Positions 47,729-61,090 are shown, counted from the first letter of the whole stretch. The stretch: DNA of 62,923 nucleotides, filler included, from Squatina squatina (GCA_031763465.1; 14 parts of one record of this genome joined end to end with filler, not necessarily neighbours in it); one strand, 5' to 3'. Notes: a model not told the origin generated them from the letters alone. Numbers and translations are program-made.

Positions 47729-49110
47729 GTAAGTGAAGTCCACTGTTACTCCCTTTTTAATTTTATTTAAAAAGCATTTTAAAAATCACATGAGCTGTTC
47801 CTCTGGCTCACTAATACTTCAAATATTAATTAAATAGATACAATTGGCAGCAGCTGAAATCAACAGAGACAAGTTTCAACATATGTCAGCATGGTTAGCT
47901 GCACCCACCCAGCCATCCAGTCCAAAGACTACTGATTAACTGACAGTTCCTTAATGGATTTAAATTAGGCAACAGCTCTTTGAAAGCACTTACTAAAGAT
48001 GTGGGCCAATATGAAACAGCACATTTCATTTTTTTTCTAAACCATTGCCCAGAAAACCCCAGATTTTGCCACATGGAAAATACCAGACAGTACATCAATT
48101 TCATCAGAAAGTGCTCCAAAGAAATATTCATCGGTAGTGAATGTCAAACCCACAACAATCCTTCAGACCCATACTGACTTCGTCGGTACTGTTGAACAAA
48201 CAGCCTGTAGGTTTCCACATTAAATTGCCCTCTTTCTTCCCCNNNNNNNNNNNNNNNNNNNNNNNNNNNNNNNNNNNNNNNNNNNNNNNNNNNNNNNNNN
48301 NNNNNNNNNNNNNNNNNNNNNNNNNNNNNNNNNNNNNNNNNNNNNNNNNNNNNNNNNNNNNNNNNNNNNNNNNNNNNNNNNNNNNNNNNNNNNNNNNNNN
48401 NNNNNNNNNNNNNNNNNNNNNNNNNNNNNNNNNNNNNNNNNNNNNNNNNNNNNNNNNNNNNNNNNNNNNNNNNNNNNNNNNNNNNNNNNNNNNNNNNNNN
48501 NNNNNNNNNNNNNNNNNNNNNNNNNNNNNNNNNNNNNNNNNNNNNNNNNNNNNNNNNNNNNNNNNNNNNNNNNNNNNNNNNNNNNNNNNNNNNNNNNNNN
48601 NNNNNNNNNNNNNNNNNNNNNNNNNNNNNNNNNNNNNNNNNNNNNNNNNNNNNNNNNNNNNNNNNNNNNNNNNNNNNNNNNNNNNNNNNNNNNNNNNNNN
48701 NNNNNNNNNNNNNNNNNNNNNNNNNNNNNNNNNNNNNNNNNNNNNNNNNNNNNNNNNNNNNNNNNNNNNNNNNNNNNNNNNNNNNNNNNNNNNNNNNNNN
48801 NNNNNNNNNNNNNNNNNNNNNNNNNNNNNNNNNNNNNNNNNNNNNNNNNNNNNNNNNNNNNNNNNNNNNNNNNNNNNNNNNNNNNNNNNNNNNNNNNNNN
48901 NNNNNNNNNNNNNNNNNNNNNNNNNNNNNNNNNNNNNNNNNNNNNNNNNNNNNNNNNNNNNNNNNNNNNNNNNNNNNNNNNNNNNNNNNNNNNNNNNNNN
49001 NNNNNNNNNNNNNNNNNNNNNNNNNNNNNNNNNNNNNNNNNNNNNNNGTCAGAGATGACCTTCAAAAAGCTCAATTATAATGGAAGCTTGGGTTTTATTT
49101 TTAAATGTAG

Positions 49111-49281
49111 GCCTTGCGAAGTCATGAAGGAAATGAAGCCCAAGTCTGTTACTTCATTATTCAACTACTGCTGTTGAAACCAAATGATTTTAGGAACCGA
49201 GTAAGTGACTTTGTGAAGGAAAACTCCCCAGAGCACTGGCAACAGAATGACTGGCATACAAAACACATGAACTACCATAAG
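49111..49281 (+). CDS. MED23: MED23 exon (ALRSHEGNEAQVCYFIIQLLLLKPNDFRNRV...KHMNYHK)
   Basis: AG/GT bounded, 171 nt. Confidence 0.97.
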
Positions 49282-49778
49282 GTGAGTGACTTTGCCACTG
49301 AACATCTCCATTCTTAGGTATTGATGGAGGGTTTTGTAGTTTAAGCAAATATCAGTGGCAGATGCATGGTCCTCATTCTAAAGATAGTTCTGTTAATTTT
49401 TAATTTCTATTTGAGGGTAATTTTTCAGGTATTTTAATAATCAGTTTGATAATTGGTTCACATGGAACATTTTTCCTGTGCAAAACCCCAAAAGATCAAG
49501 CATTGACACACACAATGTAGCATCTTTTAAACTTGCAGTTCATCATTCTATAAAATCTTGCTAGTTGAAATTCATTTTTCAGATGTACTGATTTCCTTGT
49601 GTTAAATGGATTGTGTAATAGAACAACTGTAGGTAAACAGATTATTTCAAAACAAACCTGATGACGGTGAAATTCTGCNNNNNNNNNNNNNNNNNNNNNN
49701 NNNNNNNNNNNNNNNNNNNNNNTTAATTAATTAANNNNNNNNNNNNNNNNNNNNNNNNNNNNNNNNNNNNNNNNNNNN

Positions 49779-50160
49779 GTAGATGACTACAGACACGGTG
49801 TGCTGGTGGTGGAGGGAGTGAATCTTTAAGGTGGTGGATGGGCTGCTTTTGTCCTGGATGGTTTCGAGCTTCGAGTGTTGTTGGAGCTGCACTCATCCAG
49901 GCAAGTGGGGAATATTGCATCACACTCATGACTTGTGCCTTGTAGATGTTGGAAAGGCTTTGGGGAGTAAGGAGATAAGACCTCACTGCAGAATACCCAG
50001 CCCACTGACCTGTTGTAGGTGACCTCCAGAATGTTGATAGTGGGCTTTTGGTGATTCGAATCCCATTCAATGTAAGGGGAGGTGGTTCGGCTCTCTTGGA
50101 GATAGTCATTGCTTGACACTTGTATGGCGTGAATGCTACTTGCCACTTATCAGCCCAAGG
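49779..50160 (-). mobile_element. CR1/L2-group LINE ORF2 C-terminal fragment
   Basis: LLTPQSLSNIYKAQVMSVMQYSPLAWMSAAPTTL. Confidence 0.75.
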
Positions 50161-50352
50161 AACACTTCTTTTACTCTTTTTTTTAAGTATTAGCTATATT
50201 AGCCGAATTATTTTAACTATTATGTACTCATTTAGTATGTCAGAATTATTTTTTTCAATCATGTATTCAGGAAGTTATGGCTCTGCTTAATCTACATTTG
50301 TTGTCATGTGCTTGTGGAAAGCCTTATTCACTATTGCATGTTCAGTTGTATT

Positions 50353-50372
50353 TTCCTTAATTAGTACTTCAC
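50353..50372 (+). other. U12-type branch site and AC 3' splice site
   Basis: TTCCTTAAT (50353-50361), then AC at 50371-50372 exactly where homology to MED23 (T)MAGKSPG begins. Confidence 0.8.
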
Positions 50373-50538
50373 CGATGGCAGGAAAATCACCTGGTCCATT
50401 TCCAAACTGTGACTGGAGATTCAATGAATTTCCCAACCCAGCAGCACATGCCCTTCATGTAACTTGTGTGGAACTTATGGCATTGTCTGTACCAGGGAAG
50501 GAAGTAGGAAATGCACTACTTAATGTTGTACTTAAGAG
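50373..50538 (+). CDS. MED23: MED23 exon ((T)MAGKSPGPFPNCDWRFNEFPNPAAHALHVTCVELMAL...NVVLKS)
   Basis: 166 nt, AC acceptor and GTAACT donor. Confidence 0.95.
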
Positions 50539-51244
50539 GTAACTTCATTTGGAAATTAACTTTACTCAGCTTGGGCAAGAATGGATTGGAAGGAACGGTT
50601 TAGCTTTAACGTGTAAATAATCATATTTTGCATAATGCAAAGGGAAAATATTTTGCTAAAATGTGATTGAGTGAATTCTATGATAAATGCAAACAGGTTC
50701 AGGTTCCCTGGGCCATAGTCAGATAGCTCAGTGATACGAATCGAAGGTCAGCTCATCCTTTGAAGTGTACTTTGCAAAGTGTGAAGGTTTGAGATTGTGT
50801 AATTTTCTTTCCTGTTGTAGTGTGTACATGAGCACTATCGGCTGTAAAGATCACAAACATCTAGTGTAACCATTACAGAAGATTTTACAATAATTCCATG
50901 TATCTCTGCTTTGTTCCCATCCCCACCCTCCGATGCAAAAGAAGTTGCATTTTTTTTTGTCTATTTCTATCACGTTTTGTGGGGATGGAGAGGATGATTT
51001 ATAAACTCTGCTTTTTTTGTAGAATAATGTTGAACATGTTTCACAATATAGAAATGGATCTTTGTTTGCAACCTTAATTTTGTGAAATTTATTGTGGGTT
51101 TCTATATCAGTTCCTTGAAAATTCATGGTTCTTTGGGCACTTCTTGTTGATGTTGTGTCACAAGAATCTTCTACGACTAATTTGTGAAAAAAACAGGCTG
51201 GTGTTTTTATCAATTGCTTCTGTAATAATGTTTTTTTCTTCCAG

Positions 51245-51259
51245 TCAACCATTGGTGCC
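51245..51259 (+). CDS. MED23: MED23 exon start (SQPLVP), truncated by linker
   Basis: ttttcttccAG|T CAA CCA TTG GTG CC continues the previous exon in phase. Confidence 0.8.
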
Positions 51260-51734
51260 NNNNNNNNNNNNNNNNNNNNNNNNNNNNNNNNNNNNNNNNN
51301 NNNTTAATTAATTAANNNNNNNNNNNNNNNNNNNNNNNNNNNNNNNNNNNNNNNNNNNNATAGCTTACACAGTGGAACTGCAGCTTCACCCATAGCATAG
51401 TAACGTCAGGCTGTTAACTCCAAATTACCTAATTTTTATGATGCTAAAATTGGGCCTCTCTTCTATATTTCAGCTTCCTGAAATCTTTTCCCTCACTATA
51501 ATACACTCTCGTGATACCGGACTAGACTTTGGCGGAGGCTCTCGCCAAAATGTTAACCTCTGTTTCCTCTTTCCAAATGTGAGTAGACCTGTTGAGTATT
51601 TCCAATGTTTTCTGTTTTTCTTTTAGTGAGAGAAGTTTGTTGTATTGAATAATCAAGGTGAATGATGTTTAACTCCTGGATTTGATGGAGCCAGTAAATT
51701 AAATTTAATCAACGTTAATATTTATTTCCTGCAG

Positions 51735-51866
51735 ATTGGCATTGCGTTTTATGAGATGTTACAGAATGTAGACCAAAACAGCAAGCACTTGAGCTATATG
51801 GACCCTATTTGTGATTTTCTATACCATGTAAAGTATATGTTTACAGGAGACAGTGTGAAGGATCAG
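51735..51866 (+). CDS. MED23: MED23 penultimate-type exon (IGIAFYEMLQNVDQNSKHLSYMDPICDFLYHVKYMFTGDSVKDQ)
   Basis: AG/GT bounded, 132 nt. Confidence 0.97.
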
Positions 51867-51893
51867 GTGAGTAGATTATAATGATCTTAACAG

Positions 51894-52017
51894 CAACGTT
51901 CCCGCGCAGTGGTCTTGTGGTCCCGCACAGGTCGCTCACTGGCTTTTACATGGAAGAAGCCAAGTATGTGGGAAAATTTGAATGGGCCGTGCATGAAAAA
52001 AAAGAGAGGAAACATTG
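51894..52017. mobile_element. Possible small hAT-like MITE
   Basis: Ends CAACGTTCCC and GGAAACATTG are imperfect inverted repeats. The 8-bp flanks match at only 5 of 8 positions. Confidence 0.35.
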
Positions 52018-52590
52018 CATAATGGATGAGGATATCTGTGACTAAAATAGGTCATTGTTAATTTTTAATGGATATTATTGAAGATGGATGGGAAGCTGAA
52101 GAGTAAATTAAACAGCTGCTAGTTGAACGGAGCAGAAGCAGAGATAATTTTAAGAGCTGATAGTTCATGAAAAAACAATTTATTTTCAGAAGAAAACTTT
52201 GAAGGAACTTAAAAAAAATTGCAAAACCGTTTTCTGCTAAAGAAAAACAGGTATAGCAGATTGATATTTTAATGCACTAATATGATGACATTGCCATGTG
52301 ATTATAGTAATTTTTCAATTCATGAAGTTCTGTGCATCACTTAATTTGTAAATAAATATACAGATNNNNNNNNNNNNNNNNNNNNNNNNNNNNNNNNNNN
52401 NNNNNNNNNTTAATTAATTAANNNNNNNNNNNNNNNNNNNNNNNNNNNNNNNNNNNNNNNNNNNNCTACGTTACAGTTGCATAAGGTAGATTGGCGAATC
52501 CTAGGATGGAAATGATGGAATTCAGGACTGATGATGTCAGCCTGGCCTCGACCACCTTGTTTGTATGGCTGCACATAAGCTAGAGCAGTT

Positions 52591-52648
52591 GCATTTTACA
52601 CCCTCCCTCAGTTCCAGCTGCCGCATTTTACACCCTCCCTCAGTTCCA
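52591..52648. repeat. Tandem duplication, 32-bp period
   Basis: GCATTTTACACCCTCCCTCAGTTCCA occurs twice, with a partial third copy near 52738. Confidence 0.85.
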
Positions 52649-53529
52649 ACAGAATTAAGGGCAGAATCTGAATGAGGTGCAAAATCGCTGGATTCTCTCG
52701 CCTTCCCAATTTCTGACCCCCTTCCAGCTTTATCCGAAGCATTTACACCCTACCAAACCATCAGAATTTCAGAACCTACGTTTTCTTCTAAACTTAATTA
52801 ATTTTGTCTTTTGACATAAATAGAAATCATCGGACAATTATGGAAACTGCTATGCATGCTGAGCTCAGATCTTTCATTTTCTAAGCTGGACTTGAGCCAG
52901 CTAACCAAAACTGGAGTGACATGGCATTGTGCTACAGCAAAATTAGATGATTCGCCTTTCAAAGTCTGAAAGCTGCTATACTTAGCCTTTTAATTTCTAT
53001 TGCATTTTAACATGATTTTTATCATCCATTTCCTTTTTGGTTTCCTTTATTCCTCATTATTTAACAAGACAAAAAGGGCACTTGAGTTTCCTCTTCTACA
53101 ACATTTGGATCCAGTTTATTTTTTAATCAATTTATTGCAGACTTCCTCTTGTTTTTCTTAGCTGCCCTTCAGTTAGGAAAAAGGCCATTATTATGGATTT
53201 CTGTCACTCAGTTTTATCTGTTAGAAACAGTAGAAGATGCAAAAACATGGCAAAGCTGAAAGCAGATAAATGTTCAGTCCTTCTGGAAGATGCTGCTATT
53301 TGGTGCTAAAGCCCATTTCTGACAAGAGTATACAATTAAGCAGACTAGTTGAAAAGCTGCCAATATCCCCATTCTGAATTATACATCTGCATAACTCCAT
53401 GTACATCACTATACGCACCTATAGAGCATAAACCGAAAAGTGCTGCAAGGCACAAGAGAAGTTCAGATATCAGTTGAATCCAATATAATTTCTGTCTTTC
53501 AAAACATTCCTAAATACATTAGTATCTGT

Positions 53530-53800
53530 CCCCCAATGCCACGAGATTTAAATCTTCATCTTCATCTTTAAAGAGCTCCATTGTATTGGATCACCATATC
53601 TTCTTGACTCCTTCAGCCGTATATAACTTCCTGAACTCTCCATTCCTCTGACTCCAGCCTCTTGTGCATCCCCTCCGCCTTTTGTCCCACCAATTGCTGT
53701 AGAGCCTTCAGCTACTCCTGCTCTCTGAAGCTCCATTTGCCTTTCCACCTCTCTCTTCTTTAAAAATTTCCTCAAAACACATCTTTTCGACCAATCTATT
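53530..53800 (+). mobile_element. Old L2 3' fragment
   Basis: Resembles the reverse complement of 25080-25340 (TTTAAATCTTCATCTTCATCTTTAAA...AGAGCCTTCAGC). Confidence 0.6.
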
Positions 53801-54798
53801 GGTCACCCACCATCCCACAGCTCCCTCCCCCCCACCCCGACCCCGTCCCTTTCCTAGCTGGTGGTTNNNNNNNNNNNNNNNNNNNNNNNNNNNNNNNNNN
53901 NNNNNNNNNNNNNNNNNNNNNNNNNNNNNNNNNNNNNNNNNNNNNNNNNNNNNNNNNNNNNNNNNNATAGGCAGTTTGCATTATAAATGTGGACAATGAA
54001 AATATAAAAGTAACGACAGAATTTATGACTCCAAAATTGGGACTGAATTATGTCTGTGCACCTCAGTCTCTAACCCTGATTCACCTGAAGATTACATTTG
54101 GTCTTGACATCTTTGCGCAACAGCAGAGGACATTACCTTATATATAGTAAATAAATTTAGACCTCCATGTTAGCTCAATGCATTAATATACACTTACCCA
54201 CAGCAACCGATGTCTCACAGTGATAGTAGCCATTTGGTTGTTTTCTCTTAATCATGGAGCAGAGATGTAGGCAAGTCACAATCTCATCACCAAAATAATA
54301 ATCTTCAAAATTTTTATACAGCTCTGGAGAAAACTTCTTAATTCCCTGCATAGAGTAAATATGGTTGCTGTTGTTAGTAATTCTGTAGAAATAGGTTTGT
54401 AATCATTTCAAGTAACATAGTAGTACTTTAGATGTTTTGTGTTCTGAAAGTTAACATAAATGTTATAATTAAGCTAACCTTTGACAATGTACCACAACAA
54501 TTTAATGATAAAACCGCAATGCCCATTTTAGTTTAGCAGATACATTTCTGAATGAAAACTTGTTCAATTATCAAATATAATTTTGTTAACATGAGTAGTT
54601 TGGAAGTTACTGTATTTGAATTGAAATGTGCGCACTATTCATGGCTTGTAGTAACTGTTACAATTACAGCTCACTCCAAATACTTTTTCTCATATCCANN
54701 NNNNNNNNNNNNNNNNNNNNNNNNNNNNNNNNNNNNNNNNNNNNNNNNNNNNNNNNNNNNNNNNNNNNNNNNNNNNNNNNNNNNNNNNNNNNNNNNNN

Positions 54799-55581
54799 GC
54801 GCAGGAAAAGGGGGCACCTAACCGGCACCAGCAGAACTTAATCGGCGGGGGAGAGGCTCGCCTGCATGACCTCACCCCCATGGAGGAGATGGTGTTGGAC
54901 ATTCTTGGCAGGGGCATGGCTGAGCCCATGGCCAGTGTTGGGCTGAAAGAATAGAAGATGCCGGTATCCTTATAGTTTATCCTCCTTCTCACACCCACTT
55001 CCCCTTCATCCCACAATTCTGATTTACAAGCTGCACATGGTGGAAGCATGCGCCTCTTGCTTCCCCCCTTCCCTCACCACAACCCTACCCTTGTGCCTTT
55101 CTCATTTCAGACACTCAGTAAATCTAGCCTGCTCAGCCAGTGCTTCATCAAGGTGAGGGAGAGGAGAGTGAAGAAGAAACTATCATTTGATTTCACACTC
55201 CCAGCCACCAGCTCAGATGCTAACACTCTACTTACTTTGGAGCATAGGTTAGACACAGGATCTGCACGTGGTGTGACACTGGGCACGAATGGGCNNNNNN
55301 NNNNGCCAGGGCAGGGGGAAAGGGTAGCACAGGTGCCAGCTCTCTCAGGTGGCAGCATTTGTACTCCCAGCATGGCACACTGCCAGTGCCCTCACTGTTG
55401 CCTGTCAGCCAGCCAGCTTAGACTGCTGTCGCCCACACTGAGGCAGTGTAGTCTAACGTCAGGCCTACTAGGCCCAGAGCTCTTGAGGTCACCCTGCAAG
55501 GCCATCTGCAGTTTCCCCCACTGAAAGTCAGCAGCCTTCCAGCAGCCATGCTGCAGCCACTGGGGCAGCCCTGTGTAGGAG
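54799..55581 (+). mobile_element. Probable PIF/Harbinger-type element remnant (Myb/SANT-like ORF tail)
   Basis: QNLIGGGEARLHDLTPMEEMVLDILGRG resembles the TGGG...LTPxEE segment that follows Harbinger Myb/SANT domains. GC-rich and decayed. Confidence 0.5.
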
Positions 55582-56142
55582 NNNNNNNNNNNNNNNNNNN
55601 NNNNNNNNNNNNNNNNNNNNNNNNNNNNNNNNNNNNNNNNNNNNNNNNNNNNNNNNNNNNNNNNNNNNNNNNNNNNNNNNNGATAAAACTGCCATTTGGC
55701 AGTGAGCTGTTTGGGAAAACTGGTAGAGCATACTCTACTAATTTCAAACATCCACTAAACTTAAATTTTGCACGAGTATCCTTTGTGTAGTTCTTGTTCT
55801 GCCTCTCTGTGAGGAAGAGCTTTATACTGATGTACTGGCTGAGATTGGAAGTACATTGTGTGGCATCAATGAGAGAACCATCTTTTGGAGTGAGTGCTTT
55901 TTAAAAAGTAGAATTTTGAATTTATAGTTACTTTAATGTGTAACCAAAGCTTAAACTTGAAATTAAATCTGAAAGCTCCAAATTGTAAGTGCCTTAAAAG
56001 AATGGTGATTGAGGTTTTGTTCCTATATAGTTTAAATGGATCAATTGAGAGTTTTAATCTGGTGAAAATTTGTGAGTTTCTGTAAAACTTCTAATTTAGT
56101 GTGAAATTATACTTTTTTTAAATTTCAGTTTAAGCTTTGATC

Positions 56143-56661
56143 ATGACGACTGAAGTTGGATCTGTAATTGAAGTAAAGGAAGAGTTAAAGCAGGATCATT
56201 CTGAAGCCTCAAATCCCGAAGAGTCTGCCAGTATAAATCAAGAACAACAGAAGGACACCAAGGACGAAGAGCAGCAAGTAGCCATAGAGCAATCTCTGAG
56301 AGAACAGGAATTAAATTCTCCAACTTCGAATGCAAGTACCCAAGCCAGTCCTTCGGGCAGTGACAAAAAGGAGCAGTCAGGTGTTAGAGGACTGTCGCGT
56401 TTTTTACCTGGATGGCTTAAAAAGCAAAAATCACTTTCCCAGGTGGACACTACAGAAGGCAAGGAAACTGAGAAGGGCATTCAAGCTCAAGCTGAACACG
56501 GAGACCCAGCAGAAGAAGAGCTAGAGCTAGAGCCAGAGCCAGAGCCAGAGCCAGTAAAGACTAAATCAGAGAATGAAGTGGATAAAGAGAAGGTGGAAGC
56601 AGAACCGGCTAAGACAGATGAACTAGGGGAGCAGCATTCACTGAACAGTGCAGAGATACAG
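56143..56661 (+). CDS. EPB41L2: EPB41L2 (protein 4.1G) first coding exon (U1 head region)
   Basis: Acceptor at 56128, ATG at 56143; MTTEVGSVIEVKEE...RGLSRFLPGWLKKQKS...AEIQ|GTATAG. Human 4.1G has MTTEVGSVSEVKK and RGISRFIPPWLKKQKS. Confidence 0.93.
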
Positions 56662-58148
56662 GTATAGTAAAAGCTCTTGTAAGTTGGCTAATTTTACAAC
56701 AAATTTTAATATGCCAGTTTAAAGTCAAATGCCATGCTATTACTGATGGGGAATCTGTAATGGATCTGTAATCTTTGTTTTTTTCAAAATTGTTAATTGT
56801 TTTCAACATCTACACATGAAAATAAACATTCTGCAGAGTGCTCTGTAAGGATGATTACTCAGTGTGTTGAATTGCACAGCATAATATAAATTGAGATAAA
56901 GACTACAAATTCTGGAAATCTCAAGTAAGAACAGAAATACTGCAACATCTGAAGAAAGAAAAAGCAGGTCAATATTTTTGGAACCAAACTATTTTCACTT
57001 AAAGCTAATTTTATTTCCGATGTTGCCTATTATGTACATATTCAATGAAAATGTTGCACTGTTAATTGCTCGCTGAATAACTTAAAATATATACAGGTAA
57101 ACATTTTTCCAAACCATCCCTGCAGGTTAGCTGCACTGCACAGATAATATTAAGTAGAAGTTGCTCAATTGGATCCAATGCACATTTTCCATCCTGTCCG
57201 GTTAATCCTTGGGGCATCTTTTATTGATGCCATAAAACTCAACGTTTCTGTTGCAGGCTTAATGCTGGTTCTAATGAGATGCAGCGAGGCTTATATAAAT
57301 ATGTATTTGTTCCAACACAAAGTATGTTCTTTGTGTCTCTAAAAANNNNNNNNNNNNNNNNNNNNNNNNNNNNNNNNNNNNNNNNNNNNNNNNNNNNNNN
57401 NNNNNNNNNNNNNNNNNNNNNNNNNNNNNNNNNNNNNNNNNNNNNCAATTGGTGCATAAGGAAGAAACTGTATCAACATGTGGGACTGTTTCTGTGATAT
57501 TTCAATCAAATATAACCATTTTGCACTAGTGAAGGTCCTGCCTTGGTCCAGTTAGCCCCGCTGATGGTGTACGTTCACACATTGCAAAAAACTAACAGCC
57601 AAATTTAGTTATTTTGGACTTTATGCATGCTTTTATAGTACATGTGCAATTTGAGATGAGTTGCACTGCAAATCAGTGACTTCGGGTGACCTGTTAAAGC
57701 TTGAGGTAAATATCCTCTGCACCATGTGTTGGTTTCCGTACTTTACATAATTTTTGCAAAAATTTGGAAGAGAGTATTCAGTGTGAAAAATTCAAATATC
57801 TGGTATACAATTTTTTTCATGGCCCTTGAGAGTGATGCCAATGAGTTGAAGGCCTTTGTGACATCAGCAAATGTTTGCTATTGATCATGTAGTTATCTTT
57901 AGCATGATGAGATTCTGAATTATTCACTTCCTTGCTTGTAAATCCTATTTGACCCTGAGCTGTCACTCCTTAGGGTAATATGCAGAAAAGAAAAAGAGGA
58001 TGTTTCTTTTTTTACCTTTTTTAGTGATCAGTAAACAATGTTTTATGTACAGCATTTTTTCATTCACTTTTTTTTGTTTTAAAGAGAGCTGCCTACATAA
58101 TTTTGTGTCCTGATACTTTTACATTTAACTTCCTTGTTTCTATACCAG

Positions 58149-58236
58149 GGGTCTAACTCCAGCCCAGGCTGATGCTCAATTTCTGGAAAATGCCAAGATG
58201 CTTTCCATGTATGGCGTCGACTTGCACCATGCTAAG
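58149..58236 (+). CDS. EPB41L2: EPB41L2 FERM exon ([29 protein letters not shown])
   Basis: AG/GT bounded, 88 nt. Confidence 0.95.
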
Positions 58237-59135
58237 GTAATTACTTCCCAGTTTGTTCTCTGGGTATGGAAGGAGAGGGTTTACAACCTTGCTAACAAAC
58301 ATAGAATTCAAGATAAAGGCTGTTCTGCAGATCATATTTCTGATAAAAGAATGCTAGAATATTCAATGTTAAGCATTCCATTTTTTTAAAAATGCATGTT
58401 TTTCATGCATCAACTTGCATCTACCATCAATCATTTGCAATTCCAGCCTTATTTCAAGCAAAGAGAAGCATTGGAGTCATGTGCTGTCGGCAACAATTTG
58501 GAGCTTTTGCATTTTTTTTGTGTTGACTTAATGTAAAATAGCACCCACTGAGAATCGACTGAAATTGCTGAGTTCCATCAATAATGTCTGTTCTGTCGTG
58601 TACTGCAGGTTGGAGGTAGTCATTTTTTGTCTGCTCGTAATGTTTTGGAGATTAATCATTACACTTGAAATACTTTTGGGGACAAAGAACACTAAATTGT
58701 GAAGAATATCATTCACAAGACTTGCATTTAAAACATTACAATAGTAAATTGAGTGGGAGAAAAAGTGGGATTTTTGGTATATAAGAACATCCCTTAACAA
58801 TTTCTTTCTGGCTAACAGTGTATGCACTGTGTTTTGTTTATACCACTGGCTTTGCAAACAGCAGTTTGTCTCCACTAAGCCATTACAACGTTTTATACTG
58901 AACAAGATAGAAATGCTTTTTTTTTTAAACTCACCCACTGCTTGTTCTGTTTTTTCTCAGTTAAAATTCAATCACCTCATTTATCACCAATTTTAAGTTG
59001 CTTAATGTGAGACTCTACTGTCTCTCGTTGCATTGCACCAGCATAATTAACTGTCAAACAGAACATATGTTGGGAGTGTGGTTTACATAAAATTAACCAC
59101 TTGTGTTAGAGCTACTGAATGTTTGTCACTATTGA

Positions 59136-59138
<3 letters not shown>

Positions 59139-59175
<37 letters not shown>
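59139..59175. repeat. (CT)18 microsatellite
   Basis: Read directly from the sequence. Confidence 0.95.
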
Positions 59176-59178
<3 letters not shown>

Positions 59179-61090
59179 CAGAAAATGCCTCTAGTTGGTT
59201 AAATTCGAGCTTGAGGGGTGGCTGGAGCAGGGCAGAAGGGAGCCTGAAAATTTCCAGGGACACGTTCCACGNNNNNNNNNNNNNNNNNNNNNNNNNNNNN
59301 NNNNNNNNNNNNNNNNNNNNNNNNNNNNNNNNNNNNNNNNNNNNNNNNNNNNNNNNNNNNNNNNNNNNNNNGCCCCTTGGCAGCTTTTTATCTCATCAGC
59401 AGGCACATTCCCAATCAATATTTGGGAATTGGAAGTAATGAGGTATCGAATTTAGATCAGTAAATAATCACAGCAGTACTAAAGATTAATCATTAACAGC
59501 ATCACCTTACACACAGCAGCATCCAAACAGCATGTGACAGACACAAGTTATGTCAATAACTCAAGTTGCCCTCACAGAACATGATCCCCCTCATTGCTAA
59601 CACAGTAATACATTATCACTCCGGGCTAACCAATTCTGCAAAACCAATTCATCTGGAAGGAACTATAGGACCTGAAGATAGTAGACAAATTCCGCAAATG
59701 GGTTGCTAAAAGTCTTTTATAAAAGAAATCTTTAAAGGTGCAGTATAACTGTTATAATAATTTTATTAACCGTGAAGTGCTGTACCAGTCACTTCCATGG
59801 ACACAGGCTGGCTTCTGAGCAGAAACTGACAGTAAAAAATAACGTGCAACTTAATAAAAAATGTAAGGACACATTTTGTAAGGCTCAGCTGCCAGAGCAC
59901 AGAGCTCAATGGGAGGGCAGGTCGGAGAACTTGCCACAGAAGTAAGCGTGTTCTAAATTTTCTTAATGACTTATTAAAAATTAACTGACAACGCATTATA
60001 CTGATCCTCTGTGGCTGCTTCAAATGAACGTTGAAGTCACCTCACAGTCCAGGCACAGCTGTCTGGGCAGATGATCGTGGCTATAGGTCTTCATGTAGTG
60101 GTCCTTGCTAATACCTTTATTGGATCGGTGTGGCCTGTGAAGTTTTATTTGGTGGGGGGGGAGGGGCGGTATTATCTGGTGGTAATCACTCCCATTTTTT
60201 ACAGTTTGAGCCTCGTTGATAGTCATGCAAGTTTGAAGGGTTAGGATGTCACAGAGCACCCAGCCTCTGACCTGAGATGATTTTATCATTTTCACTCACG
60301 CGACTGTCGTAATTTAAAGTGGTTTCTTGTATCTTGCCTTTGGTTCCAAACTAGGTATGATAACTAGTTTTTTTGGGATTAAAAGCATTTAGTTCAATAG
60401 TCTAAAATTGGTTCTCAAATGGAATTTATGTTCACTCTGTAAGCTGCACCTTTTCTGTACTTGGTCCTCAGAGATGCATGCTTGAGCAACTGGCAATCCT
60501 CGAACTTGCAGGAATCAGTTTACTGGATTTAATATAGCCTAACACTGTACTTTCAAGCACTCTCTGCCATGGCAACTGCTATCGCATAGACTGGAATTCT
60601 ATAGACTAACACGACTGCTAACTTTTATTAACAATAAAAAGCAATATGAAGCACTAACTCTAATAGTACAGTGTATAAAGAAACATGTGAAGAAGAAACT
60701 CTTAATTGGCTAATTAACATGCTTGGATCAAATGAGTCTCGATTTGCTGTGAAATTCTGGTTATTGCTATGGCAATATTTCTACTTGGGTTATCACTCAT
60801 TAGAGAGGATATGTCGCTCATGCCCTGTTCTGTGAATACCTGGAGAAAGCAATCAATTTCAAGGTTTTTTATTTTTTGTTAATTTAGGGTCATGCTCATT
60901 TCATTCTCATGTGCCCCTCCACTTCTCCAATAATTAACCTTAAATAATTTGAAAGGATTCAAAAAATTATACTTTGCTCTGGAGATTTTTGTATTGCAAG
61001 TGAATTATATTTGTCTGCCAATTTATCTTGAAAATTAGCCTTTAATATGCAATGTTGATACTTTAACCAACTTTTCTGTTTTTTAAATAG

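Noticed and set aside
51520..51630. Hammerhead ribozyme in Penelope-like repeat tails (also ~19100, ~29510, ~46930, ~49655, ~56900)
   Set aside because: No copy has an intact CTGANGA-stem-GAAA core with the flanking stems.
34359..52465. MED23 exon loss or pseudogene
   Set aside because: Missing exons coincide with linkers or gaps, and all visible exons have open frames and proper splice sites.
57901..57960. C/D-box snoRNA (ATGATGA...CTGA with AGC/GCT ends) in an EPB41L2 intron
   Set aside because: It is only about 60 nt with a 3-bp stem and no recognisable rRNA or snRNA guide, which is compatible with chance.
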